This document shows, one piece after another, positions 1-8,813 of a stretch of 64,000 bases of DNA. The DNA lies in the NCBI GenBank assembly GCA_963706395.1, contig OY970158.1, positions 394,421 to 458,420 on the forward strand, given 5' to 3'. The stretch comes from an uncultured Solirubrobacterales bacterium. GTDB lineage: Bacteria > Actinomycetota > Thermoleophilia > Solirubrobacterales > Solirubrobacteraceae. The notes under the pieces were generated by a model, which was given only the letters and a program-made list of their open reading frames with translations, was not told where the DNA came from and did no database searches. The position numbers were made by a program, and so were the translations under genes. Within the stretch, counting starts at the first letter, position 1. Each line of letters begins with the position of its first letter.

Positions 1-423
1 ACCGCGTTGCGCCCCGGCCAGCTGCTGATCGACGCGACCGTCCCGCTCGCCGCGGCCGTCAGCGGGAAGGCAACGCGGATGCTCGGCGTGTGGCAGGGCT
101 CGGCGGCGCAGCAGGCCGCAGAGATGGTCCCCGATGGCGTGCGCGTGGTCTCCGCCCTGCACACGGTCAGCGCCGCCAAGCTGACCGAGCTCGACCGTGC
201 ACTCGACGAGGACGTGCTCATCTGCGGCGACGCTCGCGCGGACAAGCGCGAGGCCGCGGCTCTGATCGAACGGATCGAGGGGCTGCGCTGTGTGGATTGC
301 GGCCGCCTGGAGATGTCGCGCACGACAGAGTCTCTGACCGCTCTCCTGATCGGGGTCAACTCCCGCTACAAGGTTCACGCGGGGATCCGTCTCACGGGCC
401 TGGGAGACGTACTCTGGGAGTGA
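1..423 (+). CDS. npdG: NADPH-dependent F420 reductase (F420H2:NADP+ oxidoreductase), 5'-truncated by window edge
   Basis: LIDATVPLA...GSAAQQ...VVSALHTVSA...DVLICGD...VDCGRL motifs; directly upstream of cofD. Confidence 0.85.
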   Translation, partial: TALRPGQLLIDATVPLAAAVSGKATRMLGVWQGSAAQQAAEMVPDGVRVVSALHTVSAAKLTELDRALDEDVLICGDARADKREAAALIERIEGLRCVDCGRLEMSRTTESLTALLIGVNSRYKVHAGIRLTGLGDVLWE

Positions 424-1346
424 TGGATCCAGATGTAGAGATCGTCGTTCTCGCAGGTGGTACCGGCGGCGCCAAGCTCGCGCGAGGCATGGCGGATGTC
501 ATCGATCCCGCCCGCCTTGCGGTGATCGCGAACACCGGCGATGACATCGAGATCTATGGCGCGCACGTCTCACCCGATCCAGACCTCATCTCGTTCTGGC
601 TGGCCGATCTGATCGATGAGCGCGGCTGGGGTCTGCGCGATGACACGTTCGCGGTCATGGACGGCCTGCGCGAGCTCGGGCACGACGTGTGGTTCAACCT
701 CGGCGACCGCGACCTCGGATGGTGCCTGGAGCGCTCACGGATGAGCGCCGAGGAAGGGCTGGCACCCACCGCGGCGCTCGCCCGCCTGAACGAGGCGATC
801 GGCGTGCGTGCACATGTGCTGCCGATGAGCGATGAGGAGGTGCGCACGTGGATTGCAACGACCGCTGGCTGGCGCCCCTTTCAGGAGTACATGATCCGCC
901 AGCGGGCAGAAGGCATCATCGAGGGTCTCGAGTTCCGCGGCGCCGAGCAGGCGCGCCCGAGCGCCGAGGTGCTGGCGGCGATCCAGAGCGCCCATACGAT
1001 TGTGATCGGGCCCTCCAACCCACTCGCCTCGATCGCCCCGATCCTCGCCGTGCCGGGCATCCGCGAGGCGCTCATCGCCGCACCTGCGCCGGTTCTCGCC
1101 GTCAGCCCGATTGTTGGCGGTGAGGTGCTGAAGGGCCCAACGGCCGCGTTCATGGCGTTCGCCGCGCTGGAGTGCAGCGCCGACGGGGTGGCAGACTTCT
1201 ACGGGGATCTGCTCGACGGGATCGTCGCGGATGAGAACGTCGCTCGCTTGCCGGCATTGCAGACCGGCACGCGCATGGATGACGCCGCCGCCCGCGCGCT
1301 GCTTGCCGAACAGGTGCTCGGCTTTGCCGAAGCCCTCGCCCGCTGA
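423..1346 (+). CDS. cofD: 2-phospho-L-lactate/PEP transferase (CofD/FbiA)
   Basis: VLAGGTGGAKLARG, NTGDD, SPDPDL, FNLGDRD, GPSNP motifs; ATG at 423 overlaps the npdG stop (TGATG). Confidence 0.95.
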   Translation: MDPDVEIVVLAGGTGGAKLARGMADVIDPARLAVIANTGDDIEIYGAHVSPDPDLISFWLADLIDERGWGLRDDTFAVMDGLRELGHDVWFNLGDRDLGWCLERSRMSAEEGLAPTAALARLNEAIGVRAHVLPMSDEEVRTWIATTAGWRPFQEYMIRQRAEGIIEGLEFRGAEQARPSAEVLAAIQSAHTIVIGPSNPLASIAPILAVPGIREALIAAPAPVLAVSPIVGGEVLKGPTAAFMAFAALECSADGVADFYGDLLDGIVADENVARLPALQTGTRMDDAAARALLAEQVLGFAEALAR

Positions 1347-1660
1347 GATCGGCACGTCCGGATGCGTCCCTGGACACGGCGCTGGACCGATCGAAGATCG
1401 ACGGGATCTTCGATCGTCTCGCCACGTGACGGCTCGCACATGCCACCAGCATGCGCTTCGCCATCCCGCGACGCCCAGCTTGGTCCATGAACGCCCCGAC
1501 CGCACCGCCTACTTCAAAACGTGTTTTGAGCCACGGGTGGCTGCGAAGAACTACGTAAGAACGGAGAACAAGCGCCGTCGCGCGGTGTTGTTGTGCATAT
1601 CGTCGGCAGCCCAGCTGGCTGTCCCGCCCCACGCCCACCGTCTATCAGGGAGTCCTGACC

Positions 1661-2752
1661 GTGCCCAATACGCTAGCCGACTGGAGCTCGACCGCGGAGT
1701 TGCGGGATAACCTCACCCCGTCTCGCCGCACCGGCCCGCGGATCGCCGGGATCTCCGTCTCCGACTCCGAGAGCACCTACTCGCAGGAGCAGGTCCTGGA
1801 GCGGCTGGGGCTAAAGGGGGACGAGTTCGCCGAGCGCATCTTCGCGCGCAGCGGGGTCAAGCGCCGCCACCTGGACCTCAGCGATGACTTCCTGGGGAAA
1901 ACGTTGCAGGGACGTGCCCAGCAGATCGAGCAGGACCTGCTGCGTCACTCGATCAATGCTGTTGACGCACTCGAGCTCGACCCACTCCAGATCGGCACGG
2001 TGCTCAGCTCGAGCCTGTACTCGCTCGGCGCTCCCACGCTCGCCCATCGCATCCTCGACCACTACGAGATGCACCCGGCGACCGACAACTACCACATCAG
2101 CGGCGTGGGCTGCGCGAGCGGCGTGCCGCTCATGCGCCTGGCGATCCAGACGATGCGCGAGCAGCCCGGCAAGCAGGCGCTGGTCGTGGCGGCCGAGAGC
2201 ATGAGCGGCATCCTCGCGCCTGCCACACCCGAGGACCCGCGAGCCAAGACGGTCGGCTCGGCGATCTTCGGCGACGGTTGCGCCGCGGCCGTGCTCTGTA
2301 GCGACCCCGACGCGGACGGCCCGGTCATCGTCGACTCGCAGGTCCATCAGATCGAGGGCACGCTCGACGCCGTCCGCTTGGACCTCACCGCCGGGGACAG
2401 CTACCTGCACCTCGCCCGCGAGCTGCCGGACATCGGCGGGGCGGCCCTGCCGGCGCTCGTCACCGGGTTCCTGCGCCGCAATCACCTCGAGCGCTCGGAC
2501 ATCGATCACTGGATGGCTCATCCCGGCGGCAGGCGCATCGTCGAGAATGTGCAGAGCGCGCTGGGGCTCTCCGACGACGACCTCGCCACGAGCTGGGGCG
2601 CGCTGGCCGAGCACGGCAACGTGGGCACGCCCTCGATCTTCTACGTCCTCAGGGACACGATCGCGCGCTACGAGCCCGAGCCGGGCGAGCGCGGAATGAT
2701 GGTCACGATCGGCCCCGGTGTGACCTTGGGGTTGATGCTGCTCGTCTGGTAG
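1661..2752 (+). CDS. Type III polyketide synthase (chalcone/stilbene synthase family)
   Basis: Cys-His-Asn triad in GVGCASG, HPGG and HGNVG; IFGDG; C-terminal GPGVT. Confidence 0.9.
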   Translation: MPNTLADWSSTAELRDNLTPSRRTGPRIAGISVSDSESTYSQEQVLERLGLKGDEFAERIFARSGVKRRHLDLSDDFLGKTLQGRAQQIEQDLLRHSINAVDALELDPLQIGTVLSSSLYSLGAPTLAHRILDHYEMHPATDNYHISGVGCASGVPLMRLAIQTMREQPGKQALVVAAESMSGILAPATPEDPRAKTVGSAIFGDGCAAAVLCSDPDADGPVIVDSQVHQIEGTLDAVRLDLTAGDSYLHLARELPDIGGAALPALVTGFLRRNHLERSDIDHWMAHPGGRRIVENVQSALGLSDDDLATSWGALAEHGNVGTPSIFYVLRDTIARYEPEPGERGMMVTIGPGVTLGLMLLVW

Positions 2753-2781
2753 AGGGCTCCGCCACTATCGTCTGCGGGCAG

Positions 2782-3456
2782 ATGCGCACCGCCGCGATCC
2801 TGCCCGTCAAGCACTTCGCTGTAGCCAAGCAGCGCCTGGGGGAAAGCGTGTCTGAGCCGCTCAGAGAAGATCTGGCACGAGCCATGGTGTGCGATGTACT
2901 CGATGCACTGCACGACACCCCATCGATCGAGCAGACGATCGTGGTGACGGGCGAGCAGTCCGTTGCTCTGCACGCGGACCAACAGGGAGCGATCGTGATC
3001 GGCGATACCGCCAACGACGGTCAGAGCGCCGCTGTGATGCTCGGCATAGAGCGTGCGTTGGCCCTGGGCATCGAACGGGTGCTGTGCGTACCCGGCGACT
3101 GCCCGGCGCTTGACCCCGGTGAGCTAGCGCAATTGCTTGGCGTCGTTGAAAATCAGCCCGAAGTGGTGATCGTCCCCGACCGTCACGGCACGGGTACCAA
3201 CGGCCTGCTGCTCGCCCCTCCAGACGTCATCTCCCCCAGCTTTGGGCTCGGCAGCTATGAGCGTCACCGTGCGCTCGCGGCCGCAGCCTCCTGGCGCATC
3301 GAGCGGCCGGCATCGCTGCTATTGGACATCGACACCGGCGAGGATCTCACCGCCCTGCGTGCGCGGCTCTCCGGAGAGCTCGTCAGAGCCCCTCGCACCC
3401 GCGCGGTGCTCGACTCGGCACAAGCGCCGTGGCCAGTCTTTTCGCCCGCGATATAA
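2782..3456 (+). CDS. cofC: Phosphoenolpyruvate/2-phospho-L-lactate guanylyltransferase (CofC/FbiD)
   Basis: ILPVK..AKQRL, PGDCP, PDRHGTGTN, LDIDT..DL. Confidence 0.93.
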   Translation: MRTAAILPVKHFAVAKQRLGESVSEPLREDLARAMVCDVLDALHDTPSIEQTIVVTGEQSVALHADQQGAIVIGDTANDGQSAAVMLGIERALALGIERVLCVPGDCPALDPGELAQLLGVVENQPEVVIVPDRHGTGTNGLLLAPPDVISPSFGLGSYERHRALAAAASWRIERPASLLLDIDTGEDLTALRARLSGELVRAPRTRAVLDSAQAPWPVFSPAI

Positions 3457-4193
3457 GCGGCCTCCCGGAGGTGCGCTCCGGTGAGGACCTCGCGGCGCTG
3501 ATTTTTCAGGCACTCAACGCCGAGCAGCCGGCGCGTCCTCTCCAGGATGAGCAGGTGGTGGTAATCGCACACAAGGTGGTGTCGAAGGCTGAGGGCGCCG
3601 TCGTCGATTTGGCCGGTGTCGAGCCCACCGCACGCGCTCGAGAGCTGGCCGCAGAGCAGGGCAAGGATGCACGCGCGGTGCAGGTCGTACTCGATCAGTC
3701 CGTGGAGATTCTGCGCGCCGAGCACGGCGTGCTCATCTGCCGCACCCACCACGGCTTCGTGTGCGCAAACGCCGGGGTCGACACCTCGAACACTGCTGCC
3801 GGGACGCTCGTTCTGCTTCCCCGTGACCCCGACGCATCGGCACGGCGAATTCGCGCTCGCCTGCGCGAGCTGAGCGGGTCAGCGCCCGCGGTGCTGATCA
3901 CCGACAGCTTCGGCCGCGCCTGGCGCCACGGGCAGCTCGATGTGGCGATTGGCCTCGCGGGCATGCAACCACTGGACGACTGGCGCGGGCGGACCGACGC
4001 GGGCGGGCGCGAGCTAGTGGCCACATGGCTTGCGCTCGCCGACGCCGCCGCCGCAACTGCTGAGCTCGCTCGCGCCAAGGATTCTCGGGAGCCCGTCGTG
4101 CTGATCGAGGGCCTGCAGCGATTCGTCACCGCCGAGGACGGTCCCGGCGCGAGCGCGCTGCTGCGACCGTTGGACGAGGACCTGTTCCGCTAG
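3429..4193 (+). CDS. cofE: Coenzyme F420-0:L-glutamate ligase (CofE)
   Basis: GLPEVRSGEDL, HKVVSKAEG, CANAGVDTSN, ITDSFGRAWRHGQ. Confidence 0.93.
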   Translation: MASLFARDISGLPEVRSGEDLAALIFQALNAEQPARPLQDEQVVVIAHKVVSKAEGAVVDLAGVEPTARARELAAEQGKDARAVQVVLDQSVEILRAEHGVLICRTHHGFVCANAGVDTSNTAAGTLVLLPRDPDASARRIRARLRELSGSAPAVLITDSFGRAWRHGQLDVAIGLAGMQPLDDWRGRTDAGGRELVATWLALADAAAATAELARAKDSREPVVLIEGLQRFVTAEDGPGASALLRPLDEDLFR

Positions 4194-4199
4194 ATCGCG

Positions 4200-4259
4200 A
4201 CTCTGATTGAGGAAGAGGGGCCCGGCTCGCCGCCCTCCGGCCGGCTGCTCCACCCTCTA
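4200..4259 (-). repeat. Short intergenic repeat element, copy A, directly after the fbiC stop
   Basis: 38/44 nt identical to 7290-7334, plus a shared CAATCAGA tail. Confidence 0.75.
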
Positions 4260-6509
4260 GGCCGCCACGGGCAGCTCGTAGCGCCGGCGGATGTCATATA
4301 GCGTCGTGCGCTCCGCCGCGGGACGGTCGGCCTCGTGGGCAGCAGCGACGAGCTCGCCGGGGTCGAGCTTAGTTCCGTGGTAGCTACCGGCCAGGCGGCT
4401 GATCGACTCCTCCATGAGCGTGCCGCCGAGGTCGTTCACACCCCAGCGCAGCGACTCGGTGGCCGCGTCGAGGCCCATCTTCACCCACGAGGCCTGCAGG
4501 CTTCCAATCGTGCGCCCGAGCGCGAGGCGGAACACGGCCGTGTGCTTGAGGTTCTCCTCGCGCGAGATCTCCTCGACGCCATGAGTCCGTCCCAGCAGGG
4601 TCTGGAAGGGGATGAACGAAAGCGGCACGAACTCCGTGATGCCGCCCGTGCGTTCCTGCAGCTCGCGCACGACGCGCATGTGCTCGGCCAGCTCCCACGG
4701 CTCCTCGATGTGGCCGAACATCACGGTCGCGGTCGAGCGCAGCCCGGCACGGTGCGAAGCCTCGATGATCTCAACCCAGCGCGCCACCGGCAGCTTGTTG
4801 GGCGAGATCCGTTCGCGCACGCCGTCGTGCAGCACCTCGGCCGCCGTGCCCGGCGTCGAGCCGAGGCCCGCGTCCCGCAGACGGGCGAAGACCTCGCTGG
4901 GCGGGAGCCCGGAGATGTCGCACATGTGGGCGATCTCCATCGGGCTGTAGGCATGCAGGTGCAGATCGGTCCCCGCCTCGGCGGCGGTCCGCTTGGCCAG
5001 GCGCAGCCAGCCGAGGTAATCGTCGAGGGTCCAATCGGGGTGGATGCCCGACTGGATGCACAGCTCGCTGGCGCCGTAGTCGATTGCGTCGTGGATCCGG
5101 GAGACAAACTCGGCCTCGTCGTGCTCGTAGGCGTCGGGCGAGCGCTTGCCCTGACCGAAGCCGCAGAAGGCGCAGCCGACGACGCAGACGTTTGAGACGT
5201 TGATGTTGCGGTTGACCACGAACGTGACCGTCTCCCCCGCGAGCTCCTCGCGCAGCTCGTCGGCGGCCTGACGCATCTCCTCGATGACCTCGGGGCGGAT
5301 CTCGGAGAACATCGCCGTCAGCTCCGCCGCGCTCAGCGCGATGCCCTCCCGCCCCTTCTCGATCGCGCCGGCCACCAGCTCGGGACGGATTTGTTTTGTA
5401 TCCCCACCCACCCAGGTGCGAGTGGGCGGGCCTCCAGATCCCCGGCGCGGGATGAAGGACCAGTACTTGACCTTGATCGTGTCCATCACCGCCGGGGCCA
5501 TCCACTCGGGGTCGATGTACTTCGGATAGACGCACAGGCGCTCAGTGAGCGCCACGCCGTCGGCCTGCAGCTGCTTGCGCACCTGGTGGGGCGAGGGGAA
5601 GGGATGCTCGGGGGAGATGTGGTCGCCGTTGGCGCTCAGGCCCCCCAGGTCCGTGGCGCCGGCGCCCACCAGCTCCCCCCACCAGTCGGCCAGGTTGGGC
5701 GGGATCTGGATGCCGACGTCTCCCATCAGGCGGCGGGTCTCCGCGACCAGGCGCTTCATGTCCTCGATCTCCACCGGACAGGCCCAGGCGGGCAACGGCA
5801 GGTCGGGCCGGTGGTCGGCCACCCCCGTGCGCCAGTACTCCCGGGCGGCCTCGTCGGCGATCTGGGCGGGCTCCTGGCCGTAGTAGCGCTGGTGGGGCAC
5901 GAAGTTCTGGAGGATCACCTCCTGGATGTGCCCGTGCTCGGCGTGCACCGCGGCGAGCGCCTCGAGCGACTGCATGCGCTCCGCCTCGGTCTCGCCGATG
6001 CCGACGAGGATGCCGCTCGTGAAGGGGATCCGCAGCTCGCCGGCCGCGCGGATCGTCTCCATGCGCCGGGCCGGATGCTTGGTGGGCGAACCGGCATGCA
6101 CCGTCTGCATCAGTCGCTCGGAGATCGACTCGAGCATCAATCCCTGCGAAGCGGTGGCCTCTCGCAGCCGCGCCAAATCCTCGCGTGGGAGCACACCGAG
6201 ATTGGTGTGCGGCAACAGGCCCCGCTCGAGCGCCCGCTCACAGGCCCAGACCACGTAGGCGGTGAAGTCCTCGTGGCCGTACTCGGCCAGCTTGGCGGCC
6301 ACCTGGGGGTTGACCTCTGGCTTCTCGCCGGTGAGGACGAGCAGCTCCTTGACCTGGCGCTTGGCCGCCCCGTCGAGGATCTCGATCACCTCATCCGGGG
6401 AGTACAGATGCGCCTGATGCGTCGCGAATGCGCAGTACTTGCAGTAGCAGCGGCAGGTACGCGAAAGCGACAGCGTCAGGTTGCGCGAGAAGGTGACGCG
6501 GCGCCGCAT
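4257..6509 (-). CDS. fbiC: Bifunctional FO synthase (CofG+CofH fusion, two radical-SAM domains)
   Basis: VTFSRN...CRCYCKYC (CofG) and FVVNRNIN.SNVCVVGCAFC (CofH) CxxxCxxC motifs; located in the cof cluster. Confidence 0.93.
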   Translation of the reverse strand: MRRRVTFSRNLTLSLSRTCRCYCKYCAFATHQAHLYSPDEVIEILDGAAKRQVKELLVLTGEKPEVNPQVAAKLAEYGHEDFTAYVVWACERALERGLLPHTNLGVLPREDLARLREATASQGLMLESISERLMQTVHAGSPTKHPARRMETIRAAGELRIPFTSGILVGIGETEAERMQSLEALAAVHAEHGHIQEVILQNFVPHQRYYGQEPAQIADEAAREYWRTGVADHRPDLPLPAWACPVEIEDMKRLVAETRRLMGDVGIQIPPNLADWWGELVGAGATDLGGLSANGDHISPEHPFPSPHQVRKQLQADGVALTERLCVYPKYIDPEWMAPAVMDTIKVKYWSFIPRRGSGGPPTRTWVGGDTKQIRPELVAGAIEKGREGIALSAAELTAMFSEIRPEVIEEMRQAADELREELAGETVTFVVNRNINVSNVCVVGCAFCGFGQGKRSPDAYEHDEAEFVSRIHDAIDYGASELCIQSGIHPDWTLDDYLGWLRLAKRTAAEAGTDLHLHAYSPMEIAHMCDISGLPPSEVFARLRDAGLGSTPGTAAEVLHDGVRERISPNKLPVARWVEIIEASHRAGLRSTATVMFGHIEEPWELAEHMRVVRELQERTGGITEFVPLSFIPFQTLLGRTHGVEEISREENLKHTAVFRLALGRTIGSLQASWVKMGLDAATESLRWGVNDLGGTLMEESISRLAGSYHGTKLDPGELVAAAHEADRPAAERTTLYDIRRRYELPVAA

Positions 6510-6568
6510 TCCCCGAGTGTATGACGCCCCTCGCAGATCCGTCCGACCGGCCTCGTAGCTTGCCGGCC

Positions 6569-7291
6569 ATGCTCAAAGACAATGCACGCCTCGCTGTGGC
6601 CGAGTTCATCGGAACGTTCACCCTGATCTTCGTTGGCGCCGGCTCGATCATCGCCTCCGAAGGCCTCGAATCCTCGTCGTTGATCGGCGTCGCGATCGCC
6701 CATGGCCTGGCGATCGGCGTGATGGTCGCCGTGTACGCGCGCGTGTCGGGCGCGCACTTCAACCCTGCCGTCACCTTCGGCTTCCTGCTGACGCGCCGCA
6801 TCAAGCCGGCGCTCGCGGGCGTTTACTGGGTGGCCCAGCTGGCGGGTGCGGCAGCGGCGGCGCTGCTGCTGCGCGAACTGTTGCCGAGCGGACCGACCGA
6901 AGCGGTGCACCTTGGCGTGCCTGCGCTCGGCCATGGAGTCCATGCGGGCGCGGGCGTCGCGCTGGAGGGCATCCTCACGTTCCTGCTGGTGACGGTGGTG
7001 TTCGGCACCGCGGTGGACCCCAAGGGCGCGTTCAAGTCGATCGCAGCGCTGATGATCGGCCTGACGATCACGGTCGACATCCTGATCGGCGGACCCTTCA
7101 CGGGTGCCGCGATGAACCCGGCACGCGCCTTCGGCCCGCAGCTGGTGGGTAATTACTGGTCCAACGGGTGGGTCTGGTACATCGGCCCGCTCGTGGGCGG
7201 CGCGATTGCGGCGGTGCTGTACGAGTGGCTGTACCTGCCCGGACGCTCCACCGAGCAGCCGCCGCCGGTAGCGGAGGGCATCGCCCAATAA
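6569..7291 (+). CDS. MIP family channel (aquaporin)
   Basis: Two NPA motifs (SGAHFNPAVT, AMNPARAFGP) and six hydrophobic helices. Confidence 0.93.
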   Translation: MLKDNARLAVAEFIGTFTLIFVGAGSIIASEGLESSSLIGVAIAHGLAIGVMVAVYARVSGAHFNPAVTFGFLLTRRIKPALAGVYWVAQLAGAAAAALLLRELLPSGPTEAVHLGVPALGHGVHAGAGVALEGILTFLLVTVVFGTAVDPKGAFKSIAALMIGLTITVDILIGGPFTGAAMNPARAFGPQLVGNYWSNGWVWYIGPLVGGAIAAVLYEWLYLPGRSTEQPPPVAEGIAQ

Positions 7292-7386
7292 GAGGGTGGC
7301 GCAGGTGGCCGCAGGCCGCCGAGCCGGGCCCCTCGCTTTCCCAGTCAAGCCGCAGGCCGCCGAGCCGGGCCCCTCTCCAATCAGAT
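7290..7386 (+). repeat. Short intergenic repeat element, copy B, with an internal 27-bp tandem duplication
   Basis: gccgcaggccgccgagccgggcccctc at 7308-7334 and 7349-7375; homologous to 4200-4259 on the opposite strand. Confidence 0.8.
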
Positions 7387-7411
7387 CTCTACTGCCCTAT
7401 CCTGGGCCGCC

Positions 7412-8035
7412 ATGGGCAGCTCCCCCCGCGTCTACCTGGCCCGCCACGGCCAGACGGCCTACAACCTCGAGGGGCGTTTCCAGGGCCAGCTCCCGGTCCC
7501 GCTCGACGACACTGGCCGCGCCCAGGCCGCCGAACTGGCCGAGCGGGCTGCGGCGGGGGCGAGTGGTGGAGCAGGTGGGAGGGCGGGCGGGATCCCATTC
7601 GCGAAGCTGTGGTGCAGCCCGCTGCTGCGCGCTCGCGAAACCGCGGATATCGTCGCGGCGCGGATCGGCTTGGAGCCGCACGAGGACCCGCGGCTGATGG
7701 AGACCGATGCCGGCGACTGGACCGACCGTTCGTTCGCCGATGTGCAGGCGCAAGCGCCAGACGCCTTTGCGGCGTTCGCGGGAGGCGAGCCGGACTTCGC
7801 CTTTCCCGGCGGGGAGTCCTTCGCCCAGCAGGGCATTCGCGTCGCCGCGGCGCTCGCCGGTGTCGAGCAGGGGGCGCTACCCGCGCTGGTCGTGTGTCAC
7901 GGCGGGGTGATCCGCATCGCCATCTTCCAGCGCGTCAGCCGGGGTGTGGCGATGAGCGAACGCGTGCCGAATGGTGCGCTCATCCCGCTCGAGGAGGCAG
8001 CGCAGCGCGAGGATGTCGGCGGCGTTGCCACCTAG
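7412..8035 (+). CDS. Histidine phosphatase family protein
   Basis: YLARHGQT (RHG), SPLLRARETA, GGES, VCHGGVIR. Confidence 0.9.
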   Translation: MGSSPRVYLARHGQTAYNLEGRFQGQLPVPLDDTGRAQAAELAERAAAGASGGAGGRAGGIPFAKLWCSPLLRARETADIVAARIGLEPHEDPRLMETDAGDWTDRSFADVQAQAPDAFAAFAGGEPDFAFPGGESFAQQGIRVAAALAGVEQGALPALVVCHGGVIRIAIFQRVSRGVAMSERVPNGALIPLEEAAQREDVGGVAT

Positions 8036-8385
8036 TTGAATAGTCCCGACACCAGCAATGCCCCTTCGCGCGCCATGCGCGAACGAGGAACGACCAGATC
8101 GAATCCCACGCTCTCGGCCAGACCGCGGACGTCCACGTCAACATGCGAGTAAAACGCGAGCGTGCGGAGGGCCTGCAAGCCCTCAGGCGGCAGCGACTGA
8201 AGCAGACCGGCACGACGCGCGGGGTCGTCGGTGAGATCGACCACCAGTACATCCGCGCCGCTCAGCGCACCAGGAAGGCGCTCCTGATCCCCAACCAGAT
8301 TGACGGTGTGACCGTCAGCGCTCAAATCTGCCTGGACGCGCGAACCGAACAGCAGGTCCGGGATATATGCCACAACACTCGCCAT
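8032..8385 (-). CDS. Single-domain receiver (CheY-like) fold protein
   Basis: VVAYIPDLLF, DVLVVDL (Asp), AFYSHV, GFDLVVPRS pattern; the track ORF has a spurious N-terminal extension. Confidence 0.6.
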   Translation of the reverse strand: MASVVAYIPDLLFGSRVQADLSADGHTVNLVGDQERLPGALSGADVLVVDLTDDPARRAGLLQSLPPEGLQALRTLAFYSHVDVDVRGLAESVGFDLVVPRSRMAREGALLVSGLFN

Positions 8386-8416
8386 CGCTCGATCGCCACC
8401 GCGCGGCTTGCGGACG

Positions 8417-8779
8417 CTACTGCGCGCGCAGGCGGCGGAAATCTTCGCGCACCGACTGCGGGCGCCCCCACATCTGCACGACCTCGACACGCCCTGAGCG
8501 CACCTCCCGCAGAACCAGCTCGCCATCGATACCGGCGTCATCGAGCAGGCTGAGCGTCCCGTGGACCGTGGGCGCCGAGGCGGCATGACCAAAGTGGTGG
8601 GCGACGAGCAGGCGCCAGTGCCAGTCGTGGTGGGAGTAGGGCCGCGCGTTGCAGGTCACGAGGTAAACCGCGGCGTCGACGTACAGCGACTCCTCAGAGA
8701 TCCGCAGATCGAGCTCCAGATCCGTCCAATCCTCGGGCAGCGAGTCAACGATCGCCTGAAATGTGTCAGCGAGAGCCAT
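8417..8779 (-). CDS. Hypothetical protein, 120 aa
   Basis: ATG at 8779 (MALADTFQ...), protein-like composition, divergent from ygfZ. Confidence 0.6.
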   Translation of the reverse strand: MALADTFQAIVDSLPEDWTDLELDLRISEESLYVDAAVYLVTCNARPYSHHDWHWRLLVAHHFGHAASAPTVHGTLSLLDDAGIDGELVLREVRSGRVEVVQMWGRPQSVREDFRRLRAQ

Positions 8780-8813
8780 CTCGACGAAGCCTACCGTGGC
8801 TATCCTCGAACTC

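Noticed and set aside
1346-1465. Minus-strand MAKRMLVACASRH resembling a flavodoxin-domain start
   Set aside because: Similarity ends after about 13 residues; too short to support.
4014-4253. Similar peptides MEQPAGGRRAGPL (4014-4253) and MAQVAAGRRAGPL (7296-7697) as a small gene family
   Set aside because: The similarity just reflects the DNA repeat; the ORFs run into neighbouring genes and diverge after 13 codons.
7308-7375. CRISPR-like repeat-spacer-repeat
   Set aside because: Only two units with a 14-nt spacer and no cas genes; better explained as a tandem duplication inside the repeat element.
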